From contig CBDCCZ010000040.1 of the NCBI GenBank assembly GCA_965215005.1, forward strand, positions 1-64,000: a stretch of 64,000 nucleotides of DNA, read 5' to 3'. This document shows, piece by piece, positions 29,162 through 48,039 of this stretch. Origin of the DNA: Kofleriaceae bacterium. GTDB lineage: Bacteria; Myxococcota_A; Polyangia; Haliangiales; Haliangiaceae. The notes beneath the pieces were generated by a model, which saw only the letters and a list, made by a program, of their open reading frames with translations, did no database searches and was not told the origin of the DNA. The translations under genes and the position numbers were made by a program. Position 1 is the first letter of the stretch; the number at the start of each line of letters is the position of its first letter.

Positions 29162-29711
29162 TCAGCTGCCCTCCCCGGCCGCGTTGGCTTGGAGAACGTC
29201 GACACGACCATGTCGACGTCGAGCTTCTCTTTGTCGCGGAAGTCGCGCTTGATGTTGAGATTGCTCACCACCACGCGGCGATCGCTCTCGATTCGCTCGA
29301 GGAAATCTTTTAGCTGCAAGATCGTGAGCTCGCGCAGCTCGATGCGCGTGGAGGTCTCGACGTAGGCGCCGCGCTCGACAGGGGTACGCGGGTTGAACTC
29401 GGGAATCTCGATGCCCACCGAATTGGCGGCTTGTTCGAGATACGAATCGAGCTTGAGCGCCTCCTTGGGAATCTCCACGTCGGGGCCCGCTTGTGGACCA
29501 CCAGCCTTGCGGTACACGTCCATCGCCTCGAGCGCCTGGCGCAGCTCGACGTTGGTGTCGTCAATCGCACGCAAGCCGCTGCTGATCGCCACCGCCACCC
29601 ACGACAGACAACCGACCACAAACACCGCCGCCAATACCATCAGCAGCCGGCGCTCGCTGGGGCGTCATGCCCTCCCAGCGCTCACGCAATTTTTTCACTC
29701 GCGGTTGCCAT
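29162..29711 (-). CDS. gspM: type II secretion protein GspM (frameshifted)
   Basis: RERWEGMTP..ERRLLMVLAAVF TM; LDSYLEQAA..LTILQLKDFLERIE..VVSTF. Confidence 0.7.
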
Positions 29712-29720
29712 GACGCGCTC

Positions 29721-31460
29721 CTACATGCACTCGGAGGTGATGGTGAACGAGAAGCTCTTGCTGTCGTTCTCGCCGCTGGTGGTGGTGCCGCGGACCACCT
29801 CTTTGAAGCATGGAATCTTTCCGAGTGCTTCTTCGATGAGATCGATCTCGCCGGTGCTGGCCGCGTTGGCTTTGAGAGCGATCTTGCCGGGCTTGATGTC
29901 GAGGTCGAGGACGTCGAGGGGACGTCTTTCTTTTCAGGCATCGCCTCGTTGATGGCCAACAAGATGTCGTAGGCGGTCATCTTCGGCAGAGGTGACTCCT
30001 CGGGCTCCACGCCGCCCGTTCCGCTCGATAACGGCTGAGGGCTCCAGCGCCGAGCCAAACAAGGCCGTCGACTCCACGGCCACCTGATTGGCCAGGCTCT
30101 TTTGCCCGCTGCGCAGCTCGTAGAGAGCGGCGTACGCGTTGACGGCCATGAACCGACGATGATCAGCGCGGCCGCAGCCAGCGGCGTCCGCTTTGGCGCG
30201 CAGAAACGATAGATCCGCTTTATACGCCAGGGGCCCCTGGCGGAGATCGAAGCGCGGTTCGTCCGGTGGCACCTTCGAAGACCACTCCGGCCGCAGCGCA
30301 CGCGAGCTCCGCGCTCACGCCCTGGGCGACGAGCCGCGGACCGAGGATGCTCTCGCGATCCTGCGGCGAGAGGTTGGTCACCGGAATGCGGGTGCTGTTC
30401 CGTCAAGAACGAGGCCAAGCCGCGCAACCGCGCGCCCCCGCCGACGATAACCGCCCCGGTCACCACAGCGCCGGTCTTGGCGCGGCAGCCACTCAAGGTT
30501 TGCCGCAGCTCGCGCGCAAGCGGCCCTAGCTCGAGCGCGACCACCTCGTGAACTCGCGCCCACGCCTCGCTGGTCGCCGGCTCGGCAGCCGACGCGATGA
30601 GCCATCGGTGTGCTTGGCGTTTCCGCAGCGGCAGCGTCTAGATGCCACGCGCGGCAAATCGCGTCGGTGACGTGCCGGCCGCCGCGAGCCAGGCTGCGGG
30701 ATAGACGGCGTGGCCGTCTTTGATGACGCAGAAGTTGGTGTGGCTCGTGACCGATATCGATAATGGCGACCGGAGCCCCCGGGCACGGCGACGGCGCCGG
30801 GCTCGCCCGCGTGGGGTGCAACGCCAGCGATTCGCTCGGCAACCCGCACGTACGCCGCCGGCGCCGCGACCAGCCCGCGCGGCTCGACACCGACGTCGGC
30901 GAGCTCGTCGATGAGCTCACGCCCGCCCTCCAGACGCATCGCGCAGGCGAGGATCCGCATGCCCTCGGCCGGCGCCGCAACCCGTCCGCCAACCACCGGC
31001 GCGCGCCCCACCGGCAGACCTTGCACATTGGTGGGGCCTTCATCGTCAATCACCGCCGCCGTCGGGTCGGCCGCCGGCACCACCGGATCGGCGACATCGG
31101 CGGGAATGATCTCGAACGCGTAGCTCATGTCCTCGAGCTCGAGCGGCAAGATGCTCTCGAGCTCGGCGCCAACCGCTTTCTCGAGCTCGGCCCGACGCAG
31201 GCTCTTGAAGCCGAACTCGAGCACATGGAGAAACAGCTGATCGCCGGCAACGGAGGCGTACGGCATCTCGTCGGCCAGGATTGTGCTCGCGCACGAGGTC
31301 GGCGAGCACGCTCATGGCTCGAACCTGCGCCGGTGCATCGCCCGGCGGCACGACGCGCTCGATGACGTCGGTGATGCTCGCCTGCCGAAAGCCCGGCGTC
31401 GCAACCACGATCTTGACGGCTGTAGGCGCCGAGATCGATGCCTAGGAGTCGACTCGCCAT
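29721..31460 (-). CDS. gspL: type II secretion protein GspL (PilM-like actin-fold fusion), multiple frameshifts
   Basis: MASRLLGIDLGAYS..AIIDIGHE..VIVGGGARLRGL spread over several frames. Confidence 0.72.
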
Positions 31461-31461
31461 A

Positions 31462-32752
31462 CTACTCTTCCCTCCAAAAGACCCAGGCGCCTCTGCCATC
31501 CTTGTCGCGGATGACGTCTCGGTCCATCGATTTGCCCTTGTCCCACACCGCGCTGATGCGTCGGCTGACGACGCCCGAGGTACCGGTGGCTTCGACGCGG
31601 AACGTCTGCCGCGGCTTGTCGCTGAGCATCTCTTCTAGCCGCTGTTCATCGACGGGTACGCCGACGATGTTGGGATTTTCTAGCGGCGGTGGCGGCGGCT
31701 GCCCAGGGGCAGACCGCGCTGCGGTTTTCGATATAGAGCCCGAGCTCGGTGACGGGATCCTTGACGAGCCGCGCGAAGGCCGCGGCATCGCCAACCGCGT
31801 AGCCCATACTGATCCCGCGCGCGACCAGCTCCGCCAGCTCCCAAAGCCGCCGGGGATCCGTCGCCACCGGGTCGCCCTCGGGCGCCGCGAGCAGAATGAC
31901 CGCCGCGATGAGGCGCGCATCGCTCAGGTCTTTGACGTTGATTTCGCAGTCGCCGTAAATGGTGAAGGCGTCGCCAAACAGCGTCCAAAAGCGATCGTCG
32001 ATGCCGCGAATGAGCTTGGCCTCGCCGATGGAATCTAGATAGTAATTCTTGGCTTCGTACGCATCGGCGAGGCTCTCGTAGCCGTAATCCTCCGAGCCGG
32101 AGCTTCCGTATTTGCGACCATCGCGGTCGATGTAGTCGATGATCGCCTGCACCTGCATCTGCCGGTCGCGCCGCCAGCCGTCGCCATCGGGCCCTTCGAA
32201 GATCGGATTGTACGCAGCGGGATAGATGAGCGCCGTCAACATCGCCGCCAGTCGCTCGACCAGCTCGGCCGAGCCGGCAGCGCAGTTTAGGTTGAGCTTG
32301 GAGTCCTCGGTGGTGATGTCGACGCTGCAGAGATCGCCCTCCGGCAACCCCAGCCCCTCGATGGCGCCGAGCTCGAGGCCGCCGCCGAGCAGGCCGGCCA
32401 TGTCGCTCACCTCTTCGCCGCTGCCGCAGAAGGCGCCCATGAACAAGTCGGTGTAGTCGGTGATTTGGATACCCTTCAACGGATTATCCTCACCTAGTTT
32501 TTCCGCCAGCGGCTCGATGAGATCCGTCTGCACCGCGATGACCAGCCGCGAAATGTTAACCGCCGACCGGGCCAGAAATTCGGCCTTCATATTGTCGCGG
32601 GCATTCTTGGCGGCAAAGTCATCGATGTTGGTGGTGGTGTTGAAGTCCCACATCACCGCGTGGATGAGCGCAATGGACACGATGGCCGCTAGCAGCGCTA
32701 CGCCCCGCTGCCGTGGCCATCGCAATGACCGCTTTGACGTATTATGCGCCAT
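31462..32752 (-). CDS. gspK: type II secretion minor pseudopilin GspK (frameshift near 31720)
   Basis: QRGVALL..EDSKLNLN..AIIDYIDRD..LDSIGEAKLIRGI..INV; ends VFWREE. Confidence 0.88.
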
Positions 32753-32757
32753 GGTGC

Positions 32758-33435
32758 TCAGCCGGTCCCCGGCTTCAAATATTGCTGCATCTGCACCCGC
32801 GCCTGGGTGGTGAACACGAAGTCCTCGCCGCGCTCGTTCACCAGGGTGATCTTGATTCGCACCCGATACGGCAGCCGATTGAACTCGGCGTCAGCCGAGG
32901 TGGTGTTCCAGCGCTCTTTCCACTCGTTGTCTTTCCAGTCGTAGTACTCGAGCTCCACGCGCTTGACGTCGCGCACCAACACATCGGCCTTGGCCGGCTG
33001 CTGCTCCCAGTCCTCATTGGAAAGCCGCCGCGACTCGCGGCGCACCAAGTTGGTCTTGCTGCGATCCTCGGAATCGGGCGCCGCAAAGTACGCGATGAGC
33101 GTTTGCTCCGATTCGTTGGCATCGGCCCACAGCGGCTGATGCGCAAAGCTGGTAAACCGCAGCTCATCGACGGTGCCGTCGGGCTTGCCGATGAGCATGG
33201 TGCGCGCGTCGCTGCTGCCAGAAGGCCGAAAGTCTGACAAATACGCAGACGACACGTCACGAACCATGCGCGCCAACGCGATGCGGACCTCGTGATTGCG
33301 TTCTTGAATCTGCTCGAACGTACGCTGCGCGCGCACCGAGGACGAAAGCGTGCTCCAGGCGATGATCATCATGAACGACAGAATCGTGAGCGAGATCATC
33401 ACCTCGAGGAGCGTGAAGCCGCGCTGCCGCCTCAT
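32758..33435 (-). CDS. gspJ: type II secretion minor pseudopilin GspJ
   Basis: QRGFTLLEVMISL prepilin motif; operon position. Confidence 0.88.
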   Translation of the reverse strand: MRRQRGFTLLEVMISLTILSFMMIIAWSTLSSSVRAQRTFEQIQERNHEVRIALARMVRDVSSAYLSDFRPSGSSDARTMLIGKPDGTVDELRFTSFAHQPLWADANESEQTLIAYFAAPDSEDRSKTNLVRRESRRLSNEDWEQQPAKADVLVRDVKRVELEYYDWKDNEWKERWNTTSADAEFNRLPYRVRIKITLVNERGEDFVFTTQARVQMQQYLKPGTG

Positions 33436-34025
33436 GGCACACCGCCCAAGCTGATGGCGGTGGGGTCGGTGAAGTAGGCGACCACCACCAGCTCGTCCTC
33501 GTCGCCGCCAGCCGACCACTTTACGGTGAGCGTGACACGCCGAATCGCCGCCTCGAGAATCTGCTGAAACATTCCAAACTGCGAGGCGATGAACCCGCCG
33601 GTGAGCGGATCGCCGCCCGCTTCACTTCCCGGCAGACCCAACGGCGCGCCCGGCGGCAGCCCCTCCGCTCCGTCGCTTCCTTCGGCGGCCGAGTCTCCAT
33701 CGAGCCCCGAAAGCGCGTCTTTGGACGGCATCTTGACCTTCTCGATCACCGCGTGCCAGGTGATGCGCGGCCAGCTCTCTTCCGAGAAGTCACCATCGAG
33801 CTCCTGGTCTAGCTCCTGAAACCCCTCGCGCAAGAGCTCTTCTTCCAGGTCGTACATCTTGCCGCGGGCCAAGTCGGTGGCCACTCCCATCAGCTCCGAC
33901 CGGGTGGTGGTGCGGATGTTCTTGGCGGTCGCCTGCATGGCGAGCACCAGCCCGCCAAACAGAATCGCCAGCGCCAGCATCACCTCTACTAGTGTGAAGC
34001 CGCTGGCGGTGCGTCCGCGGCTCAT
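33432..34025 (-). CDS. gspI: type II secretion minor pseudopilin GspI
   Basis: SGFTLVEVMLALAIL; operon position. Confidence 0.85.
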   Translation of the reverse strand: MSRGRTASGFTLVEVMLALAILFGGLVLAMQATAKNIRTTTRSELMGVATDLARGKMYDLEEELLREGFQELDQELDGDFSEESWPRITWHAVIEKVKMPSKDALSGLDGDSAAEGSDGAEGLPPGAPLGLPGSEAGGDPLTGGFIASQFGMFQQILEAAIRRVTLTVKWSAGGDEDELVVVAYFTDPTAISLGGVP

Positions 34026-34819
34026 TGGGCTTCCTCCCGCTCGCCCAGCGCATCGAGGTTCATGAAGTCGTCCGGATCGCGCAGCTCGCCATCGCGCAGC
34101 TCCACTCGGCCCGTGAGGCCATGGACCAACAGCGAGTATTGGTGACCATCGTCGTTGGCTACCTCGAGAATGGCCTTCTCGGTGTAGCCAAGGGGGAAGT
34201 AGTTGAGAGTGACGACGCCATCGATCACCGGCTCCTCGAGATGCTCGACGTGCACTCGACGCAGGCGAATGCCTTTATCAGCGCGCAGCTTGCGAACGTT
34301 CCCGCGCCCTCGCGAATCACCGGCCCACAGATCTGACAGCGCGCATTGCGAGCCGCCCACCGCCTTGCCAGTGAGCGCAGCGGCCACGCGCGTGGCTTTT
34401 TCCGGGTCCATGGCCTCGAGCATCGACTTTGGCAACACCCCGCGGCTCGCCAGATCTTCCAGCGTCTCGACGTCCTCGGGGTCTTCCGGCGTCTCGGCCG
34501 CGACCTCTTCGTCCTCGGCACGCTGCACCGCGACCGCTCCCTCGCATACCTCGATTCGATAGGTCTGCTCGCTGAGGTCGAACACCACCCGATGGTGTTT
34601 GCCGGTCTGGGTGGTGAAGTTGTAGGTGGCACGCAATACCGCGGCAATGTCGGTGGCATCTTCGCGCAAGCTGGTCTGTCGAACATCGCGAATGAGCGAA
34701 TAGCCAACCATCATGAGCAGCCCGATGACGCCCATCACGAGCAGCAGCTCGAGAATCGTCATACCGCTCGCCGAGTGGCGCTGCAGCATGAGACGGCGAT
34801 GCTGAACGGGCGGCTTCAC
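34022..34819 (-). CDS. gspH: type II secretion minor pseudopilin GspH
   Basis: SGMTILELLLVMGVIG; YFPLGYTE..HGLTGRV. Confidence 0.82.
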   Translation of the reverse strand: MKPPVQHRRLMLQRHSASGMTILELLLVMGVIGLLMMVGYSLIRDVRQTSLREDATDIAAVLRATYNFTTQTGKHHRVVFDLSEQTYRIEVCEGAVAVQRAEDEEVAAETPEDPEDVETLEDLASRGVLPKSMLEAMDPEKATRVAAALTGKAVGGSQCALSDLWAGDSRGRGNVRKLRADKGIRLRRVHVEHLEEPVIDGVVTLNYFPLGYTEKAILEVANDDGHQYSLLVHGLTGRVELRDGELRDPDDFMNLDALGEREEAQ

Positions 34820-34828
34820 GGCGTGTTG

Positions 34829-35289
34829 CTATTCCCAACTCTTGATGTCGTCGTCGGTGCCGGACTTGCCATCGGCGCCAGCCGACATCACGGCAAAGCC
34901 GCGAGCACCTTCAGGCACGTTCTCACCGCAGTACATGACGTACTCGTTGCCCCAGGGATCTTTGGCCTCTTTGAGATTGGTGTACTCATCTTTGATGAGC
35001 TCCTCCCAACCCGCAGGACAGCCCTTGGAAGGATTGTTGCGCGCCCACATGGTGTAGGCCTCGTTGGCAAGCTGCTTGGAAACCGTGCGCGCCGTGTCTT
35101 CCTTGGCGGTGCCGAACTGCGCCAGCACCCGGGGGCCCACTAAGAAGCCCATGACCAGCGCGATGATGGCTAGCACGATCATGATCTCGAGCAGGGTCAT
35201 GCCCTGCTGCCCTCGGGCGACCGCCCGCAACTCCGGCGTTTCACGGTGCAACTCGATTTGGTTCATGACTTTTTTCCTCTCCGCAGACA

Positions 35290-35293
<4 letters not shown>
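34829..35293 (-). CDS. gspG: type II secretion major pseudopilin GspG
   Basis: QQGMTLLEIMIVLAIIAL..KDPWGNEY..SAGADGKSGTDDDI. Confidence 0.93.
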
Positions 35294-36528
<1,235 letters not shown>

Positions 36529-36531
36529 GGG

Positions 36532-38304
<1,773 letters not shown>

Positions 38305-38309
38305 GATCG

Positions 38310-40825
<2,516 letters not shown>

Positions 40826-40829
<4 letters not shown>

Positions 40830-41758
40830 CGGATGCTGTAGTCGATGGTGACCGGCTTACCGCGCCGGGTGATGTTGACAGACAAGCTCGAGGCCTCTTT
40901 GACCTTGGTGTACACCTCGAGGGCTTTGTCCGGGGTGGTGAGCTCAAACCCGTTGATGGCGTGAATCGTGTCGCCGTTCATCAAGCCGATCTTGGCGTAT
41001 ACCGAGCTTGGGCGAATGGCGTAGAGCTTGAAGCCGTTGGGCTTGCCGTTCTTTACGGAGGGAACGATGCGCGCCCCGCGAGCGACGCTCATCGGGTTGG
41101 CGAGCATCTTGTCTACCAAGTTGCGATCGATCTGATATTTGTCCTCGGATACCTTGTTGATGCCTTCGTCGAGCTCCGCCGACAGCTCATCGCGGTTGGT
41201 GCTTGGCGCCGTGCTCACCCGCGGCGTTGGCGTCGGGCGGCGAGAGGGCGCCGGCGCCGCTCCCAGGAGCGGGATGCGCTCGAGACGGCCGTTGTCGCGG
41301 CGAAAATCGACGTACTTGCCGGCGATGATTTCGACCTTGCCGGCATCGGGAATCATCTGGCCGACCCAATACGCGCCTTGTTGCTCGGTGTCGGTGTTGC
41401 GAATGGTCGCAAACGACCGTCCCTCGCGTCGCGACAGGTTGGTCGCGACCAAGTAGATAGGCAGCGAGGTGTTCTGGATGGAACCGTCGCTCGGCCCGTC
41501 GTCGACCTCATCGCTCGGCTCTTCGATTACGCAGTCTGAGCAAAAGATGTTGCGCTGCGCGATGGGCTCGCCGACTTTGCTGCGGGTTGCTGCCGGCTTG
41601 GCTCGCGGCACCACCGGAGGTGGCCGCTGCGCCTCGGCATCGCCAATGAGGTACTTGCCAGCGATCACGTGATTGACCGCCTTCGCCGATAGATACGCGC
41701 AGACCACTACAACCAATGGGATCAGAATCCAAAAGTATTTCTTGACGTACTGTTCCAT
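40826..41758 (-). CDS. gspC: type II secretion protein GspC (PDZ)
   Basis: N-terminal TM; GFKLYAIRPSSVYAKIGLMNGDTIHAING PDZ. Confidence 0.92.
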
Positions 41759-41761
41759 GAC

Positions 41762-43219
<1,458 letters not shown>

Positions 43220-43240
43220 GAGACTCCACCCCGCCTCACT

Positions 43241-43256
43241 ACAAGTTGGGTGCCAG
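43241..43256 (-). promoter_or_regulatory. putative sigma54 promoter
   Basis: CTGGCACCCAACTTGT (GG-N10-GT) upstream of the regulator-gsp operon. Confidence 0.5.
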
Positions 43257-43361
43257 GGCTCGCACGTCGAGCAGTCGAGCAAAGACGAAGGCTTACGGTG
43301 CACGTCGACCGCCCACGACCACCAGATACTGCCAAAGTGTCAGACAGCCTAGGTCGCGTTG

Positions 43362-46085
43362 TCATTCTGGCAAGCTGCCGAGAACGCGGGGCAGCTGGAT
43401 CGACCGCAGCGGCAGCGACACGGTGAACACGGTTCCCACCCCGGGCTCGGTGTCGACCTCGATGCTGCCGCCGTGACGCTCCACCAATCCGTGAACGATG
43501 GAGAGGCCCAACCCCGAGCCTTCGCCGACGTCTTTGGTGGTGAAAAATGGATCGAAGATGCGCGGCAACACGTGCGGAGGAATGCCCGCACCGTTGTCGG
43601 CGATTCGGATGATCGCGATGTCGCCGCGGCGCTCGGTCGCCACCGAGATTTCCGCTGCCTGCCGCCCGGTCACCGCCTGCGCAGCGTTGGTCAACAGGTT
43701 CATGAACACCTGGTTTAGCTGTCCCGCGTGACCGCGAACCCGGCCGACCTCGCCGTAACGGCGCTCGACGCTGATGTCCTGCTTGAGCACGTGGCGAAGC
43801 AGCTCGAGGGAATCATCGATGCTGCGGTTGAGGTCGAACTCGACCAAGCTCTCGTCATCCGTGCGCGAGTAGTTGTGCAGCGCCTGAACAATCGCTTTGG
43901 TGCGCTGGGCGCCGCGTTTGACCACCCGCAACATGTCATAGACGTCTTCGCCGGCCTCCTGCGCGCGCGCCGCATCGCCCGACGTGATGTCTTCAATGGT
44001 CTCTTCGAGCGGGCCAACCGTATTGACGATGGCATTGACCGGATTGTTGATCTCGTGCGCGATGCCGGCCACGAGCTGTCCTATCGAGGCCAGTTTTTCA
44101 GACCGCACGAGCTGATCCTGCGCCCGCGTGAGCTTGTCGAGAGTCTCCGCCAGCTCGCGGTTCTTTTTGGCCAAGTCGGCAGTTCGGCGCTGCACCGCAC
44201 GCTCGAGGTCGACGTTGACCTCTTCGGTAGAGCGCAGCTTTTCACGCAGCGCGCGGCGCATCTCTTCGAGTGCGAAGGTGAGCCGGCCGATCTCATCGCC
44301 CTCGCCGCCTGAGCTCACTGGCTCGGCCAGCTCGCCCCGCGCCATGCCGTCGGCGCGCTGCTCCAAAGCGCGCACCGGCTTGACGAACTGCGCCACGGTG
44401 AACAGAACGATGCCTGAGCAGGCGCCAAAGAGCACCAAGAAGAACACCACCAGCTCTTTGAGCGGTCGCACCACCGACTCGCCGCGGCCGCGATAGCTCG
44501 GATAGAACACTGCGACCGAGCCGAGGTCGTAGAGGCGATTCTGCCAGCTCACCCGCAATCGCCCGTGGCGTCCCGCCAGGGCCTCCGAGCTCACCTGCAT
44601 GCTCGCGTCGCGAGGCAATGTCATTTCCGCGACCGCATACCAGGGCAGCTCCGGCGCTCCCAGGCTGCCGCCGCCAAGCGCCGTGACCTCGGCGCTGCGC
44701 TCGTGCGATAGATAGTAGAAGACTGCATTGGCTTCAGGGCTGCGCTTGTTGATGTTGCGCAGCGCATCGCGAACCAAGCTCGGCGTGGGTGACACCAGCC
44801 GTCCCGCGGCCTCCGCCTGCACCTCCGACCGCAACCACGCCAGTCCGAGCTCGGCCTGCTTGGCGGTGAAATCGGTCACCAGTTGCTTGTATTGAATAAA
44901 CCCCCAGAACATCGCCAAACCGCAGGCAAACAGCACCACACCGCCAAATGAGAGCAACAGCTTGGTGCGTAGCGACATCGCCTGCCGAATGCCGCGCACC
45001 GGCAACCGATAGCGCACGGTGAGGTGCGCGAGCAGCGGCCGCATGGTTTCGCGGTGCCACAGCGACTCGTAGATGGCGCCGCCGATGGCGATGACCAAGG
45101 CGATGCCCACCATGAGGAACGCGTCGTCGAACTCGAAGCGAAACCGCCAGCGCGCGATCCATGCGCCGATCGCGATGATGACGATCCAGATGGTCAAGCT
45201 GGTCGCTGCAAGCCGATAGGGCAGCGACTGCGCCTGGCGATACACCGCGGTCGCATTGGTGATACCGCTTCCCAGCGACACCCCGGCTTCGTGATCGAGA
45301 TAGCTCACCATCGGTCGCCGCAGCCGCCGCGCCATCGCGATCCACAGCAGCACCCCTAGCGCTGACGCCACCGGCAGATAAGTGCAGATCTGCAGGTACT
45401 GCTCGAGCGAGATGGGCAGAAAGTAATAGAGGAACGCGCAAATAGACGCCAGCGTTCCACCGCCCACGACCAACGCCACCAACACCAACCTGCCTCGGTA
45501 GCCATCGATGAAGCGTCGCAGCGGCTGCATGTCGCCAAACAGCCGGTCGCGGAACACGCCGAGGCTCGCGGTGTACCAAACTCCGCGCAGCAGCGCGGCG
45601 ATGAACGCGTGGAGTCCGGCGAGGGCGCCCATCTCGCCAGCGCGACGCACGTCCCAGCCCTGGTAGCGCACCAAAAGCAGGCCGATGGCCACAGCGCCGA
45701 CGACCCAGAGCGTCGTGCGCAGGACCAAAGCGCGCATCGGCACGTGCAACGTTGCCCGGTAGGCCGCCGCGGTGAGGGCTCCTGAAACCTTGTCGCCGCG
45801 CCGCCGCGCCGCGCGAAGCCGCGCCACGGGCGCCAGCCACGACGCCAGCGGTACGAACCACAGCAGCGTTGCGCCAACCAACACCGGCAGGGTGATGCGC
45901 ACGATGACGGAGCGGTCGACGGTGCGCAGCTCGAACAGCGACCACAGCGGCACCGCCACCAAGATCAGCTCTGCCGCCAGCAACACCAACCCCGGCACGA
46001 AGAGCAGCCGCTTGAAGGCCACGGCGGCGGTCTCGTCGCCCGGCTCGCTGCCGATATCGCCAAAGACCGGCACCGCGGGCAGCAT
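43362..46085 (-). CDS. multi-TM HAMP sensor histidine kinase
   Basis: many TM helices; HAMP (DEIGRL); GIAHEINNP; NLLTNA; DNGAGI; FFTTK; GLGL; start uncertain. Confidence 0.92.
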   Translation of the reverse strand: MLPAVPVFGDIGSEPGDETAAVAFKRLLFVPGLVLLAAELILVAVPLWSLFELRTVDRSVIVRITLPVLVGATLLWFVPLASWLAPVARLRAARRRGDKVSGALTAAAYRATLHVPMRALVLRTTLWVVGAVAIGLLLVRYQGWDVRRAGEMGALAGLHAFIAALLRGVWYTASLGVFRDRLFGDMQPLRRFIDGYRGRLVLVALVVGGGTLASICAFLYYFLPISLEQYLQICTYLPVASALGVLLWIAMARRLRRPMVSYLDHEAGVSLGSGITNATAVYRQAQSLPYRLAATSLTIWIVIIAIGAWIARWRFRFEFDDAFLMVGIALVIAIGGAIYESLWHRETMRPLLAHLTVRYRLPVRGIRQAMSLRTKLLLSFGGVVLFACGLAMFWGFIQYKQLVTDFTAKQAELGLAWLRSEVQAEAAGRLVSPTPSLVRDALRNINKRSPEANAVFYYLSHERSAEVTALGGGSLGAPELPWYAVAEMTLPRDASMQVSSEALAGRHGRLRVSWQNRLYDLGSVAVFYPSYRGRGESVVRPLKELVVFFLVLFGACSGIVLFTVAQFVKPVRALEQRADGMARGELAEPVSSGGEGDEIGRLTFALEEMRRALREKLRSTEEVNVDLERAVQRRTADLAKKNRELAETLDKLTRAQDQLVRSEKLASIGQLVAGIAHEINNPVNAIVNTVGPLEETIEDITSGDAARAQEAGEDVYDMLRVVKRGAQRTKAIVQALHNYSRTDDESLVEFDLNRSIDDSLELLRHVLKQDISVERRYGEVGRVRGHAGQLNQVFMNLLTNAAQAVTGRQAAEISVATERRGDIAIIRIADNGAGIPPHVLPRIFDPFFTTKDVGEGSGLGLSIVHGLVERHGGSIEVDTEPGVGTVFTVSLPLRSIQLPRVLGSLPE

Positions 46086-46175
46086 AGCGCGGTTTGAGCG
46101 CAAGCGGCCGCCGCCGACGCGCCACGGCGATCGCTGCAATGCGAGCCGCAGAAACCCGCTACTCTGCAGCTCGCC

Positions 46176-47144
46176 ATGCGCAGCCTCTGGACCCTGATGT
46201 TGGCAATCGTGTTCGTAGCCGCGTTCGTTAGCTTCTTTCTGGTCGGCGCGATCGCGAGCTATGCGCGCGACACTTCGGCGGTGCTTGGCTCCGCTCGCCG
46301 TGCGCAGGCTCGCGAGCAGGTGGTTGCGCTCGTCGCCGCCACTCTGCACGCCGAGCTGGCGGCTGACCCGCGGCTCGCGGGAATCGCCGAGGTCCCGCTC
46401 CGCGTCGCCGTCGACCGCGTCATCGATGAAACGTGGTTCGAAAAAACTCTCGCCGGCGCGCACCGCTCCGTCTTGGCGGCCATCGAAGGTGCCGAGGGCG
46501 ACGCCATCGTCGAGCTGCGCGCCACCAAGGCAAAACTGCAGGCGGCGTTGGCAGAGCTTGGCCAGCGAGCGCGCAGCGAGTGTGAAAGCTTCTTTGGCCG
46601 CGATGCGTGCGGCGATTCGCTGCACCTCGAGCAAGCGATGCTCGCCTACCGGGCTCGCGCAGACGCTGCCGTCAGGCAGCTTCCCGACCGCATCGATCTG
46701 CTCGGGCAGCTCGAGGATCGCGCCCCGGTGCGGCTACAAGAGCTGCGGCGGCGTGTTGCCGATGCGGAAGCCATTCGCTGGCTCGGGCTCGGCGTGCTGG
46801 TCGTGACGCTGGGGCTGATCGCGTTTCTCAGCGCGACGTCTGGGTCGCGACTGCTCGTGACCATTGGGGCAGTCGTGGCGGTGGCGGCGGCGCTGTATCT
46901 GGCAGTGGTGGCGCTGGCGGCCGCGCCAATTCGCGAGCGAGCGCTGGCCTACGCCACCGAGCTCGGCGCCGCCGGACCCGAGCCCCGCGATGAAGTTGGT
47001 CGCCAGGCCCGGGTCGCGTCGCAGCGATTGGGGTTGGTGCTGATCGAGGACGCGACCAAACACCGTCACGGCAGCGTGCTCGCGATGGGGGTTGCAGGGC
47101 TGGGACTTGTGGCGGCAGGGCGATGGCTGGCGCGAGGTCGTTAG
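46176..47144 (+). CDS. hypothetical membrane protein
   Basis: 322-aa ORF with one N-terminal and about three C-terminal hydrophobic helices. Confidence 0.65.
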   Translation: MRSLWTLMLAIVFVAAFVSFFLVGAIASYARDTSAVLGSARRAQAREQVVALVAATLHAELAADPRLAGIAEVPLRVAVDRVIDETWFEKTLAGAHRSVLAAIEGAEGDAIVELRATKAKLQAALAELGQRARSECESFFGRDACGDSLHLEQAMLAYRARADAAVRQLPDRIDLLGQLEDRAPVRLQELRRRVADAEAIRWLGLGVLVVTLGLIAFLSATSGSRLLVTIGAVVAVAAALYLAVVALAAAPIRERALAYATELGAAGPEPRDEVGRQARVASQRLGLVLIEDATKHRHGSVLAMGVAGLGLVAAGRWLARGR

Positions 47145-47226
47145 CGGCGGGTGAGGAGCCGGACAGGGAGCGCACGGCGCGACATCTGCTAGGATGCGGC
47201 GACTTTCAGCCTCAGAGGTGACACCC

Positions 47227-48039
47227 ATGAAATCGCTAGCCTTTCGCGCCCTGCTTGCGGCCACTGCGGTCGTCGCGGCTGCTCACACCAGCGCCTGCGA
47301 GCACAAGAACACTGCCAAAGACAACGAGCTCAAGACGAGCCGCGCCGCCGAGGAAGCCGCCCATGCGGCCGAGGCCGAGAATCCAGCCTTGCTGGATCCG
47401 GGCATCGAAGCGACCGATGAGCGGGTGCGACCGCCCAAAGCCGACGATCTGGCCGAATACACCGCCGACCTTCCCGGTGAGGGGCCGCTCATGGTTGCGA
47501 TCGAGACCCCCAAAGGCACCATCCACTGCGCGCTCTTCGCAGAGAAGGTGCCGATGACCGTGGCCAACTTCGTGGGCCTAGCGACCGGCAAGAAACCGTG
47601 GAAGGATCCGCGCACCGGCGAGGTTTACGAGGGCAAGCCGCTCTACGACGGCGTCCTGTTTCATCGCGTCATCCCCGAGTTCATGGTGCAGACGGGCGAT
47701 CCGCTGGGCTTGGGCGTCGGTGGTCCGGGCTATACCTTCGCCGATGAGTTCCACCCGGAGCTGAAGCACCAAGCGGGCACCTTGGCGATGGCAAACAGCG
47801 GTCCCGGCACCAACGGCAGCCAGTTTTTCATCACCGAGAAAGCCACGCCGTGGCTCGACAATCGCCACACGGTCTTTGGCCAGTGCGAGGAAGTGGCGAT
47901 CGTCAAGGAGCTTGCGCGGGTGCCCAAGGCGCCCAACGACGACAGCAAGCCGGCCGAGCCCATCGCGATGCAAAAGGTGACCATCTATCGCGGCGAAGCG
48001 GGGGCGGCCAAAGCGAAGCGCGATAAGAAGGGCGGCTGA
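47227..48039 (+). CDS. cyclophilin-type peptidyl-prolyl isomerase (probable lipoprotein)
   Basis: [47 protein letters not shown]; lipobox-like TSAC. Confidence 0.95.
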   Translation: MKSLAFRALLAATAVVAAAHTSACEHKNTAKDNELKTSRAAEEAAHAAEAENPALLDPGIEATDERVRPPKADDLAEYTADLPGEGPLMVAIETPKGTIHCALFAEKVPMTVANFVGLATGKKPWKDPRTGEVYEGKPLYDGVLFHRVIPEFMVQTGDPLGLGVGGPGYTFADEFHPELKHQAGTLAMANSGPGTNGSQFFITEKATPWLDNRHTVFGQCEEVAIVKELARVPKAPNDDSKPAEPIAMQKVTIYRGEAGAAKAKRDKKGG

